Assembly (NCBI RefSeq): GCF_963921235.1
Contig: NC_086097.1
Coordinates: 138,386,001 to 138,450,000 of the forward strand
Source: Mobula hypostoma
Taxonomy: Eukaryota
Direction of reading: 5' to 3'
Length of the DNA: 64,000 bases
Positions 1-13,054 of this stretch are shown in pieces (positions within the stretch are counted from its first letter, which is position 1; each line of letters begins with the position of its first letter). A model generated the notes under the pieces. It did not search any database. It saw nothing but the letters and a program-made list of their open reading frames with translations, and was not told the origin of the DNA. A program made the position numbers and the translations under genes.

Positions 1-496
1 AAATATAACATTTAGCTCTATTCCTAACATTCAGTCTGCTGGTGCAGGAAGAATGCCATGCTTAACTGCAAATAATTGAAGCCATTCATTTTAAGAGGCA
101 AATAGTGGGAATTTACATCCATTTACTTAAATTACAAAAAAAAAGAACATTTTTCTTATAAACTCATATTAGATGGTCAATGTCAGGTGAGGTCATGAAA
201 GGAATAATTGGCAATGATTTTCAAAGAAAATTATTTGTGCATGAACAGGGGAAAGAAAAATGGAAATTTACCATGTTAATTTGAATTCCAAATATTACAC
301 ATTAGTTATATTGCTGGCATTGTGGAATCTATTTACAATTTCTTGTCAAATAATTTATGGCATAGCTAACATTCTATCACACCTTCCAACCATACAACTC
401 AGATTGGTTATTAAAAAATTAAAAGCACTGAGTGTGATATTTAGAGCTGGAACCAGAAGTTTAATACATGTTCATCATATTTCCTTTTAGTATGAA

Positions 497-1723
497 CTAG
501 ACAACAGGGTGACCCGTTGGGACCCCCTTTGAGAGAAGGGAGGTGTAGTCTAATGTGACCAGAATGAACATTAAATTTTTCTGAATGCTATTGGTATCAC
601 TTTGTTTTGGAAACTGAAGTAGAAACTTCAGTTTATTAAAGAAGAACGATGCGTAGCAAAGCAAATATAGCTCCTCCTCATTTGACAAAGGACACTTCTG
701 ATGGCAGCATTTCTGGTTTATCTGCCATCCTCGTGCCTCTTGTTGTCATTCTAGAGACGTGCAGTCTTTTCATCCCCCGTCTCTTCATCTCTTCTGCTGT
801 TTGTTCTTTGTCTCTGATCCTGGAGACGTGCATTTCTCAGCTCCTTTGTCTCTTCCTCGCTCTTCCTTCTGTACCTGTTTTTGTCATTCTGGAGACATGC
901 AGCCCTTTCATCCTGTCTCTTCAGCTCTTCTGCTGTTTGTCTCTGATCCTGGAGAAGTGCATTCCTCTCCTCCTCCGCCTCCTCTTCTCTCATCTTTTTT
1001 TGTCCTGACTCCTTGATCCTGGAGTCATGCAGCCCTGGCCTCATCCGATTCTTGATCTCTCCCTCTCCTTGCCGCTTCCCGATGACATCTGGCGTCATCT
1101 CTTGACCATAATGTCCCCATTCCCTTTCCACACGGCATAATTAAGCTGACCATTTTTTTTTACCCAAATGCTGGATAGAAGATACGAAGCAGTAACACCA
1201 AAGGATGCTGATTATACTTGATGATGTGGTTGGCGCTCTCCTAAATGGACGTGATATAGTCACCACTGTCCTTTGACTGCAGCAAAGGGTTTTATGGGTG
1301 TCTCGAAGTACGTCATTACAATAAGATTTAATTATCTCTTATTGATGGGTGGCAGTTAGATCTGTCCCAATCCTGCACATGCTGATGGTGATTAGCAGAA
1401 TCTGACCCCTTGAAATAGAGCTGCCCTGCCCTTTTGCTCTGGTAGGTGTCGCTGCTGAGGCTGGCCATGTGCATGCATCAGTTTATCACATCCTGATTTC
1501 CATGATGGCCGATTGGTTCTCGGATGAAAGCCAGCCTGTTGATTTTTGGTGAATGAGAAATTTTATACAAATACATAACCCTGAACTTTGCCTACATTCT
1601 GTAAGTTAGCGCATTTTAATTCAATTTAGCCCAAAAAAGTGCCGCTGTAATGCACCATTTGCGCTAATTGGAGGTCACAAACAGGCAAACAGACAGAGCA
1701 TGAAAGTTTTAGTAGTATATAGA
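497..1723 (-). mobile_element. Non-autonomous Helitron (internal deletion derivative)
   Basis: Minus strand starts A|TCTATATACTACTAAAAC (TC at 1723-1722) and ends GGGGGTCCC-AAC-GGGTCACCC-TGTTGT-CTAG|T (CTAG 497-500). This gives 5' TC, a subterminal GC hairpin, 3' CTAG, an A/T target and no TSD. Confidence 0.85.
751..1138 (-). pseudogene. Remnant N-terminus of Helitron RepHel-like protein with ~23-aa charged repeats (STPR-like)
   Basis: ATG at 1138: MPCGKG...ESDEARAA*LQDQ, then a frameshift into EAEEERNALLQDQRQ...ETKELRNARLQDQRQR...ETGDEKTARL. The internal TGA fits CGA CpG decay. Confidence 0.6.
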
Positions 1724-2073
1724 TAGCTGACTGCCAGAACATCTCACAAATCCATCACTTGAGTTACAACATTTGTTAATGAATTTAACATTTCCAAGAA
1801 TAATGAAGATTGCAAGAGTAGAAAGGAGTTGAGTGAATCATCACAAAACCTCTGGAATCTTTCACCAAGATATTGAAGTTTTATCAGGACCATATTACTT
1901 CTACCAACTTATCCACAAAATGATTTTACACCACAATCGAATCGAATTTACTTGTTTTATATACAAAAAATAAGTGTTATGAGTATAATACAAATTTCTA
2001 CATAAACAGGTCATGTGTAACACAGAATAACCAATAAACATACAATTTATTAGCAAGCCCTTGTCTGTGTTCT

Positions 2074-2283
2074 AAACACAGATTCTGGTCATGCTGGAAA
2101 TCTGGAGCAATGTACACAAAATGCTGGAGGAAATCAGCCAGTCGCAGAGCACCTGTTCAGGGGAATATACAATCAATGTTTCAAGCAGAAATCTTTCATC
2201 AGAATGCTGCCCAACTTGCTGAGTTCCTCCAGTATTTTATGTGTTGCTCTACATTTCCAGCAATTGCAGAATATCTTGTGTTT
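2074..2283. mobile_element. Short palindromic element built from inverted PLE terminal sequences
   Basis: Left arm ...ACACAAAATGCTGGAGGAAATCAGC is the inverse of right arm GCTGAGTTCCTCCAGTATTTTATGTGT.... The centre holds a CTGATGA..GAAAC core on the minus strand. Confidence 0.7.
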
Positions 2284-3055
2284 AAGTGGAAATAAGCAGC
2301 TTTCAAAAACCTGCCTAACCACCACAGATACATACACATCAACTTTTAAAACCCTTGTTTGACATCCAAAATGAATAAATCTGAGGCATTTTCTTCAACT
2401 CAATTCCACATCCTTGGCTCAGTGGATGAAACTTATCCAAGCTGAGGATGGACATCCCTCTTCAGGTACTTGAGTACATTATCTGGGTTAGCCAGGCTGT
2501 GACAGTACAACACACTCCTTCAATTCAGAAATCTGTCTTTTTTCTTAGTAGGCAAAAATATTCAAGGTACTGTTTTGAAGAGCTGGAAACTTCTTCCAAG
2601 TCAATATCTATCAACCAAGTTTACTGAAATACATCACATTGTGTTTCTGGCAGCTTGATTTGTATACCTATGTTACAACAACCACCACACCTTCATTGAT
2701 TGTAAACCACTACTGAAATAAAGATGAACTTAGGGAGGTTTGACATGAATTACAGCAGGGGATACAAGTTCCAATTAACAGAGGCATGGGAAGGAGTGGT
2801 GCTGGGTTCCAGCATCAATTGTTGGGTGTGCAGGACAGGAACTGTAAGTGCATTTGGAGAGGAGGATAAGCTGGATTGTAATCAGCTGCTGGGATGGTAT
2901 GGGGCCAAGACCACAATTGATACAAGGGACCATTGCAGGCAGCTTAAATATTTCAATTGTACCTAATAAAAACCCAAGGTCTAATTATTTTTTTTCCTGC
3001 AATCAAACTCCATGCTAGCAAAAAATTCAACCTTTCAAAATTTACATCTTTAGTA

Positions 3056-3680
3056 AGGCAGGAGGAGAAGATGGCAGCACGTCTGTGTGTGCACAGCCCT
3101 CCGGTGAAAAATGATATTGTATCTGTTAAATAGGGGCCGTGGACAATTCTGATTTGATGGAGAATGGACGTGAAAGCACAGAGGAACATCTGGAGAAATT
3201 TCTGAAACGCCCATTCGCCACTGTCATTACTGCGTGGTCGGGAATCTTTCCGGGGGTAGGCCTCAAAATCCCCGGCCTTGCCTGCTTTTGGCGACCGAGA
3301 AGGAGGTCGAATCGTTCGGACAGAGATGGCGCTCAGTACTCGGTGTCGGAGAGCTGATCAGAGCTCGAAGTTTTCGGATGACTCAGAGTCGGATTGTGGT
3401 CGGCATGGCAGGGAGAGTTTTTCTTCCTTCTCCCGTCTGCGTGAGATGTGGGACATTTGAGAAACTTTGAACTTTACTGTGCTCATGGACTTCTGCATCA
3501 AGTTATGGTATTGTTGCACTGTTGTAACTATATGTTATAATTATGTGGTTTTGTCAGTTTTTTCAGTCTTGGTCTGTCCTGTGTTTTGTGATATCACACC
3601 GGAGGAAATAATGTATCATTTCTTACTGCATGCATTACTAAATGACAATAAAAGAGGACTACGTGACCTGTCTTCATAAG
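3056..3680 (+). mobile_element. Non-coding, CpG-retaining retroposon-like repeat
   Basis: AAGATGGCAG head, CpG-rich body, AATAAA near 3647-3652. No credible ORF. Confidence 0.5.
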
Positions 3681-5024
3681 CATCATATCTTCACAATCAT
3701 CATATCATATTGCTTCAGGAATGCAACACATGGTTTTTAAAATTACCTTTCCTCTGTGAGGTCAGAAGCATGTACGTTTGCAAGCGGCTGCATAATGTTA
3801 GATAATGAAGATAATGAAGCAACAAATAGGAAGATCCAGAGGACATTCAGGAACAGGCTGATGAGGGGCAAGCAACATTGGAGTTGCAGGATATAACCCA
3901 TTAATTGGGATGTGGTGTAACAGTGGTAAATTTCAATATTAATATGATTTGTGATGCAAATCGTGTTACTGATTATTTAAATTTAGTTGTACTTTACAAA
4001 ATTGATATGAATACACTCCTTGTCTGATGTCTTTAACACTGAAAATACCCGATTTTAACAAAAACTAAAACCATTCTGCTGAAAATATTAGAAAAGACTA
4101 AAATCCCTTTATAAACAAAAACAAGGTAGAAAATTAAAGGCCACATTGAAGTTCATCTTTTGCACCAAATGGTGTAGATGCTTCAGGGGCAATAGGGCCC
4201 AATGTGGCTCTTTTTTCAGGTTCTTATTTTCACTACAATACACATCATTCAATTTATTCAGCATCATGTTAAAACATGGCACTGGAATTGGATCTAATAA
4301 AAATGTAGCAAACTTCAGCACCTAATTGATGGGTCATTCCTTGGCAAATATTGGTTGCAATTTACCGGCGGCTGCACAATCTTAAGAGTTGCAAATAGGA
4401 TTAAAGACATGCAGTCAATTGCAAACATACCACTTCCAATTTTGCCAGAGAGAGGCACCACAAGGTAGGTCAAGATGGTTCAGCCAAGGATAACTACCCA
4501 AAGGAACTCTTGCTTCAATGTCCTGAAGTTGGGAAAATTGGCCTTCCTTCACAACCAGCACTATATTCCTTTGTGCTAACTGGGACTCCAGCCAGTAGGT
4601 CCCACTGGGTTCAGTTCTATTAGGAGGCTCCTTGGTGCCTTGACATCAGGGATGGCACACACACCTCACTGGCAATACTCAAAGTGCAAGTAGTGGCATT
4701 ACTTGGCATTACTGTCAACGATGCTTTCAATCAGTAGCACAACGATAAAGGGTTGGAAACCAACTGGATTAGGTCTGCCCTGAATTCCATACCCAGGAAT
4801 GTTCAGACAATTTTCTATTTCATTGGGAAGATGCCAGATAAACTGGGAAAGCTTGGCTGTAAGGGCCACAAAAATCCAGTACCAAGGGCAAGCTGGCCCC
4901 AGAGCTTTTATCGTATGCAAAAAACACAAAGGGTTTGCTTTAGGCACTTCCTCCTCCCACTACTGTTGAACAACTTGCAAGCTGATGCAGGAAGATAAAA
5001 GAGCTTTGAGTTGATCCAATGGTT

Positions 5025-5855
5025 AAGAACATAAGAAAGAAAAGCAACAGTAGGCATCTGGTTCATCTAGCCTGCTCTGCTATTCAATAAGACCACAGCT
5101 GATCCGGTTGTGGGCTCTGCCCCACCCACTTTCCTTGACCCCATAACCCTTAATTCCTCTGATGTGCAAAAAAATCTGTGTCTTAAATATATTTAGTGAG
5201 GTACTCACTACTGCTTTCCTGGGCAGACAATTCCAAAGATTCAGCAGTCTCTAAGAAAAATAGTTTCTCCCCATCATCGCTATCCTAAATCTACTCCCCC
5301 AAATCTCGAGGCTATGGCCCACAGTTCTAGTCTCACCTACCAGTGGAAATTTGCTCCATATTTTCTATACCTTTCATAATTTTGGAAGCTTCGAGAAGAT
5401 TTCTCTCATTCCTCTGAAATCCAGCAAGTATAATTCCAGGCGACTCAATCTCTCCTCATAGGCTAAACCCCTTATGCCCAGAATCAACCTGGTGAACTTC
5501 CTCTGCACCACTTCCAAAGGCAGCATATCCACCTTGGGCTCCATGGCAGCATAGAGCTTCGTGCAATGCTATTACAGCTCGGGGCATTGGAATTCAGAGT
5601 TCAATCCCGATATCCTTTGCAAGGAGTTTATATGTCCTCCCCATAGAGTCCAGATGCTCCAGTTCTCCACCACCACCACCTCCCCACCCCACCCGCCACC
5701 CCAGCATACCAGTTAGCAAGTTAATTGGTCGTTGCAAGTTGTCCTGTGATCAGGCTAGGGTTAAGTGCTGGTGGCATGGCTCGAAGGGCCAAGAGGACCT
5801 ATTATGTGCTTTACCTCTAAATAAATAAATCTTTCCTCAAGTAAGGAAACCAAAA
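5025..5855 (-). mobile_element. CR1 LINE 3' fragment interrupted by a SINE
   Basis: Reverse complement of the CR1 RT C-terminus and 3' UTR (AAGAACATAAGAA tail). The sequence resumes after the SINE at CTTTCCTCAAGTAAGG. Confidence 0.7.
5540..5830 (+). mobile_element. tRNA-derived SINE
   Basis: B-box-like GAGTTCAATCC, central GTTAATTGGTC block, (TAAA)n tail. Related copies at ~31190-31380 and ~59590-59940. Confidence 0.65.
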
Positions 5856-7379
5856 GTAATCTGTGATTTCTTTAATGTTTAACAATAACACAAGAGATTC
5901 AGCAGATGCTGGAAATTTTACTGTTTATTCAATTTTGTTTTGTTACTTTTTTATCTAGGCATCACAAACAAAGCAAGCATCAATTGACTGTCCCTAATGA
6001 CTCTTGAATCAGAATCAGGTTTATTATCACTGGCATGTGACGTGAAATTTGTTAACTTATCAGCAGCAGTTCAATGGTGCCAGTGGGAAGGTGTCGGAGA
6101 GGCATGTTTTAGAAAAACTACAGTCCCTCAGGCCCAATACAGGGAATAGCAGAGTTAGTCCCAGCAAACAGTACAGCAACCTTTGATATTCCGCCATGTC
6201 AGGATAGTGCACAACTTGGAAGTAAACTTGGGTGGAGGTACTTCACTACACCTGGAAAGCTTTGCAGGCTTGGCGATTATTGGTAGACTAGCTGTAGTGC
6301 ATTTTGCAGACAGAACAGCCTGCAGCTACTCTGTCCCAATAAGAGGAATCCATGTTAATGATGGTTGATGGGTGCAATAATAAGGGAAGTTTACTGTTCA
6401 GATTCTTGACTTTATGGGAACTGTGTACTTAACCCAGCTAAGTGGAAAGTATCAATCGCAATCTTAATCTGGGTCTTGTAGATGGTGGAAAGACCTTGGG
6501 GCATCAAGGAGGACAGTAACCACTGCTGCATACTTAACATCTAACCTGCTTGAGAAGCTATACTGTAGCTGTTCAGTTTTTCATCAGCTGCAGGACTTGG
6601 CAATGGTAATGTCATGGAACATCAATAGGTGATTAGATTCTCTCTTGTTGGAGATGGCCTTTGCTTGTATTTTTGTCTCATACATGTTGTCACTTATTAG
6701 CCCATACCCGAATGTTGTCTAGGTCTTTCTGCACATTACATACAATCAAATATCCCACTCCTGGAAGAAAGCTCACTAATGATGTAACTGGGGTTGTTTG
6801 GGCTTGTAGTGATGTCCTGAGGCTGAAATGACTGACCTCTGACAGCCACATCCTTTGTGTGAATGCAAAGATGCCACACCTGGTTACGTATTCTCAATGT
6901 CGCAGGCAGTTTCTCACACCTCACCTCCAGAATTGTGTGCTTGATGTTTCAATCCAGGCTGTGATCAGGTCTGGAGCAAAGCAGCCCACGCAGTAACACA
7001 AAGGGACATCCAAGAGTGGGCTTTCAGTCGTGGTGACTTCAACTTCTGTCACTTGGCTCATGCTGGAGTCAGATTAATAGTGAGTAATCAGATTGCATGT
7101 CTACTCCATCCACTGGTTAGGCAGTAGCTTTGCCTCAACATCTCATTTTGCTGGTGCTGCTCCCACCATGGCTCTCTGCACTTCTCAGCGAAACCCAGTT
7201 GATCACTATCACATGTAGCAGGTTACAATATTACAGATTGTCCTGAAATAGATTTCTGTTTCTGACATTCACCAGGATGACAATTTTTGAGCTCCCAGAT
7301 ATGTTGACATATAGTTGATTTAGGAGTATCTTGCCAATGACAGCTCAGATTTATATCATCTCATTATTCCAGTTCTTCA

Positions 7380-8005
7380 GGCTTATGGAATGTTTGTTTT
7401 TGTTAGTCGAGATATTGACTTCAAAAGGCAAGAGGATATAAGTTGCAACTTTATAGAAGTCCGGTTAGGCCACATCTGGAATATTGCATACAGTCTGGTT
7501 GCCCCACCATAGGAAGGGTGTTGAGGCTTTGGAGAGGGTGCAGAAGAAGTTTACCAGTACGCTGCCTGGTTTAGAGGGCAAGTGCTGGACAAGCTTGTGT
7601 TGTTATCTCTGGAGAGGTGGAGGCTATGGGGAAGTCTGATAGATTATGAGAAACAGAGTAGACAGGGAGTATCTGCTTCCCAGGATAGAAGTGTCTAATA
7701 CCAGAAGGCATGCATTGAAGGAGGGAGGGGGGTAGGTTCAAAGGGGATGTGAGGGGCAAGTTTTTTTTTAAACTCAGAGTGATGGATAACTGGAATGCAC
7801 TGCCTGATATGGTGGTAGAGGCAAATATATTAGAAGCTTTCAAGAGACATTTGGATTGGCAGATGAATATGAGGAAGGTAGAGGGATATGCACATTGTGT
7901 AGATAGGAAGGATTAGGTTTTCGGGGGGATTTTTTGATTGTGCTGGTTTGGCTCAACATTGGGGGCTGAAGGGCCTGTTCCTGTGCGGTATTGTTCTACT
8001 TTCTA
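7380..8005 (+). mobile_element. CR1 LINE 3' fragment
   Basis: RPHLEYC-like motif, ERVQKKFT, KFKGDVRGKFF, and a 3' end GAAGGGCCTGTTCCTGTG..TTCTA. Confidence 0.8.
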
Positions 8006-11000
8006 ATAACAGCTAGATAAGAGTACAATATAAAGAAACAGATTATTAACCTCCTTGGTAGGAAGGCAGCAGGTACAGCAGGTAAATGGGAAAACAAATT
8101 AAACATCAGCCTTCATGACAAACGTGAAAGAGAATAAAAGTAAGGAAGTGATGATAACCGTACAGGACAATGAGACTACAACAGTGTTCCATTACAAGCT
8201 GCAGTTTCCTGAAATAAGGAGGGCTTTGCTGGCACTGAAGGTTCAGAGTTGGCTTCCTGGATTGATACCTGGGATGAAGGGGCTACGTAAACAAGGATGG
8301 CTGAGCAGCAATTAATTGGATATTAAACAATAAGAAGCGACCAGTTGCTTGGGCTGCCGCTATTCACAAACCTGGTGCAAACCCCTGCTTTACACTGATG
8401 CTCTGGCAGCAAAGAATCATCCACTGAGGACAGGCTGTCCAGAAGGCTGATGTTGAGAGGCTGAAGCAAGCAAAGCACTTACACATTGCTTGAGATGTGG
8501 GGCCCAGAGGTACTGTCAGTTCCCAGTAATGGATCACACTCAGCCTGGCCAGCACAGTATGTGTGGACCATCACCACGATCAAGCCCTACGTGTTCACAG
8601 ACTGTCTCTCTCATCAACTCCTACTGGATGTAGTGGAAGCTGCCATCTCTCCCTCTCTTTGACTATACAGTTGCCCCCAGCCCAAAGGTGTCTCTATGAT
8701 AAATAAGCCCTCCCAGGCATCCCCATCGTATAGGTGATACAACTGCTTCATGGGCAAAGCAGCATCCACCTCAAGCAAATGCCTTTTATATAACACAGTG
8801 GAATAGTGCATCTAACACCAGGTCCAATGACAACAAATCAATCATCCCCATGTAAGGTTAGCAAGGTACCAGTGTACACAGTAGTAATGTCAAAGATGAG
8901 GCATGTTTGCAGGAACTTGACATCCGGAAAGATCCAATGAGGATAAGCCAACTATAATTTAATTTAATGAATGCAATAAAGAACTCCTGCCAACAGCAGT
9001 TTGGTTTGTGATCATCCCTAGGATTGACCTGATAGCTTACCTGGAGACAACCACACAAACAACCTTCAAAGCTTTAAAAATTGGAAACTACTGCATTTAG
9101 CTAAGTGCAATAGCAATTTTGTTTTGCAAAATACAAACCTGTTAATATCGTTTTCTACCAAGCACGGCGTAACCACACCAAAAAAATTATCTTTGGAAGC
9201 CTGTAATAGCCTCATTTAATTTAATTGTGGTGTTATGTATCATCAGACTGTGCACCCAAAAAGAAACTTGGCATCCAGATGTTCAGCTTACTCTGCAGAC
9301 ACGAAAGTCACTAGAAAACAATCGTTTCAGCTATAAAAGACTGCCTTAAGTTCCAGATGATAAGGCAAAGTAATTGTACACAGGAATTTCCTCTTATAGG
9401 GATTTCCTGTGGGATGGTAGCTGAAAATAAAGTTTAGATTTGTAATTCCACTTTCAATCTTTCATGCAAGTTGAGTTTCTAACTTCAGTTGATGTACATT
9501 TTTTAAATCAACATCTACATACCAACCCTTCAAACTGATGATACTTAGCACCACAATAAAATTAAATGAGGCTGTTATAGCACCTTATCAATTTAAAGCA
9601 GCAAGGAAAGCCAAACTAAACCAAGAAAGGCCATCTTCCCACACAGCAGATCAAGTGTTGATTCAAGCACAATAGCACATTGGGTGGTCTCAATTACTAC
9701 CTTTCCAGCTTTCTTTCAAAGGCGGCATTAAACCAAGGCAGTATCTATCATTGCAGGTGGATATAATTTGAAGTACAGGAAGGATTTCCCTGATGTTTTG
9801 ATCATATTCCTCATCCAACCAACATCACCAAAACAAATGCTAAATGTGGAAGCTTGCTGTGTGCAAACAGGCTACCACATTTCCTAGATTTTGACTTTGA
9901 TGACACTTCAAAAGTACAAAAGTGCTTTAGGACGTACTGAGATAAAATACGTTACCAAAGTCAGTTCTTTTCAAATGAGAAAAATGGAATGGGACAGATC
10001 CTTTCAGATTTTTAATGAAGATTTTAGCCAGCTTCTGCAGAAACCCATCCATACTCGATTTGAAATTCTAAACTTGGACAGTGTGCTCAAGATTCCTGCC
10101 TCATGAAAGCAGCCAATGTTATCAAGGACCTCTCCCATCCTAGTTGCTGTCTCTTTTCCCCTCCCATTCGACAAAAGATACTGAAACTTGTGTGCATGTA
10201 CCACCAGAGTTAAAGAAATCTTCTTGGTTCTATCTCACTTATCAGACTCTTGAAAAGACCTTGCATATGCTAAAAGATGAACTCTTGATCTCCCCAACCA
10301 CCTCATCACTGCTCTTGCATTTAATTTGTCAATATGCACTGCACCCCTCTCTGTAACTGTAACATTTTCCATTCTGTTTTCCTCTGTACTACATTGAGAT
10401 ATTTATGCAAGACATGATCTGTCTAAATGACATGCAAACAAAACTGTACCTCAACACACAACACTTCTGATCATAGGTCATTTATAAAATGAATCAGAAA
10501 AAAATAAATTACTCAAGGTCAAACTGTAAAATCTGAAGGATTTTTTTGTTGACACCACCAGCAAACTTTAATCTATAAATTTTAAAAAGTTAAAGCAAGG
10601 CAAAGTGAGATAGAGGTAAATAGAGGAAGGAATGTACAGCTTCCTTTACTTTAATATTCAGTAAAATAGTTTTTTTTTAAGTTTTGAAGCCTGCTTCCAA
10701 CCTAGCAACAAACATTCAATCTATTGCACCTGCACCAGCTCTTAAATCGAACTTTGGTGTTTTTTTCATCCACTCATTTTTCAAGGTACGAGTATTGCTG
10801 GCAAAGAAAACATTTACTGTCCATCGCTACTTGCTTCCAGACAGAGTGGATTGCTAGGTCATGTCAGAGGACATTTAAGAGTCGATCACATTGCTGTGAG
10901 ACTGAAATAACACATAGGGCATGCGAGGATGGCAAATTCTATCTTTGGAGTACAAAATGAACCAAATGTGTTTGTGTTAGTAACAATCCGTTAGTTCTGT

Positions 11001-11474
11001 AGTCATCATCTGGGACTAATTCTTTTTCATCCCACTCCCCTGACTTCTCCTACAGTCTTCCTTTTCAAAAACTCACTGTATTAAAAAAAATTCTTCTAAC
11101 CGGCCTTTGCTTCTTTTCCCAATTATTTCAGACCTGTCTTCTCTGGTTACCAGTGCAAACTAACACCTTATTTGCTCCATCATCATTCCTCGTATCAACA
11201 CAAGCTGATTCAAAGTTGGCTATGAAATCATTAAGGGATAAGAAAGTTAAATATTTAATAATTTTAGGGTGGGTCTACAGACTTGAAGGAAACACTCCAA
11301 TATATACCATATAATCTTATCAGAAATGAAGTGCAAATGTTCGTGAATTTACAAAATAATTAGTCTCTTCAGTGCCAATGTAATTTCTTTGTCAGTTTGG
11401 AATAAACACTACCAATGTTTTAGTGAACTGTGTTATTAGTCCCAATCATATTGCACCAGTAGCTCTATACTCAC

Positions 11475-11588
11475 TATCATCTCCAAGTTTTGAAGCATAA
11501 TCATTGATCAACTCTTCACCGACATCAGCGATCTGTTCACTATTCCGGTAGTTCTCATCTCGCCATTTTCTCAACTTGTCACGCATTT
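11475..11588 (-). CDS. EMC2: ER membrane protein complex subunit 2 (TTC35), coding exon 2
   Basis: 114 nt bounded by TTTTTATTTTCAG| and |GTGAGT. Translates (E)[37 protein letters not shown], matching vertebrate EMC2 (human [38 protein letters not shown]). Phase 1/1 fits exon 1. Confidence 0.97.
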
Positions 11589-12434
11589 CTGAAAATAAAA
11601 AGCACAGGAAAAATTTGGCCCAAGCAACAAAAAGACTTCAATTGTATGGTGTAAAATCTACTGGACCAGGGTCTTTGGAGATCTGAATGTATGCAATGAC
11701 ATGAGAACAATAACTTTCTCAACATCATCATTTTCATCAAGAATGAACATGACAAGCCCATGGACAGCACTGTTCAGAGTTAAATTTTCATTTTGACCCA
11801 ATTCCTTCAAACAGATGTTACAGGTTTTCACAGCTGAGGTACTTCTCAATCTTTACCTTGTGAACAACAGTGCTGGTTTTGCAAACAGACAAAACACTCG
11901 AGTCATGATCACAGTGTGATCATAGTGTTGTAAATAGAATCAACAGCAGAGGAACACAGATCTTTAGACTGTGCACCTCCTCCCCATGTCCCCAGTCTCA
12001 GTCAGACAACAATGTAAAGACTCCAATCATAAAAGACCCCAATCATTGATTCCCCAATGAAGAACAATGGCACAGGCATAGCAATAAATTCTTGTTCACG
12101 GGTTATGGTGTCACTGGTGAGACAACATTTATTGCCGATTTCTAGGTATCAATGTGTTCATGAGCTGCCTGTTTATAGATACACAAAGATAATCTAGCTA
12201 TGCTATTAAGAATTTCTAATACTGTCACAGTAACAATAAGGAGCAACCGAAATTCTTCCAAGTTGGTGAGATATATGACAGAAGACAACTTGGAGCTTAT
12301 GACATTTCTGCTGCTTTCAAATCCCACCAGCATCAGCTCCCTATCCTACAATGCAGTGCCTATTGTGAAATAGGAAGGTGAAGCTCAATGTGATTTCAGG
12401 AGTTACTTGTGTAATAGAGTGGGTGTGCCTCAGT

Positions 12435-12815
12435 GAAGACCACATCCTTGTCGTCATGTTTTGGAGGCCTGTGTGCCTCAATGACTCAGACAGCAATGTT
12501 GAATGGAGTCAAAGTTTTATGCTTTGGCTCTTGGTAGGGTCACCCATGTCAAACGGGTTAAAGAGTAGAGGCCAGACTAAGAATGGTCAACTGATCCTCC
12601 AAATTTGGCGGTAAATCAAAATTGTTACGGAAAAAGGAACGAAGAATCCTTCATTTGAGTGTGAAAGTATTCCTGAGTCTCCACCTGGGAATTGCATGAT
12701 TGACAGTAGTGAAAACTGAGAGGAAGCTACAGACATATTGAAGGAAGCCCAGAATACTGCCAGAGACGGAGGATTCCTGCCCTAAATACCAGCGGTGCTG
12801 CAGGAAGTAAGTAAG
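12435..12815 (+). mobile_element. Degenerate non-autonomous RTE-derived element (5' UTR fused to 3' end)
   Basis: CCTTGTCGT..GTGTGCCTCAATGA..GGTAGGGTCACCCA resembles RTE-clade 5' UTRs. Ends in a GTAAGTAAG tail. Confidence 0.5.
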
Positions 12816-13054
12816 AGGGGGTGTCCATGTCTACAGCATTACCTACAATTTTGCAACTCCTTTTGAGCTGAGGAGGCAGAGCTGATGAAATTATAGCACT
12901 TTTCAAATTATACTTTCTCCGTAATTGTAACACCATATATGACATTGTTTTCGTTTTTACTACCTCAATGTCCTTATGCATGGAATGATGCAAAAGATGG
13001 CACAAAAGCAAAAGCTTTCACTGCATTTTGTGTAAACCAATACCTATAATTAAT

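Noticed and set aside
1..11474. EMC2 exon 3 onward (WIIYEQV.., CLQEL..)
   Set aside because: Not found by eye on the minus strand; probably left of the window, though a missed short exon cannot be excluded.
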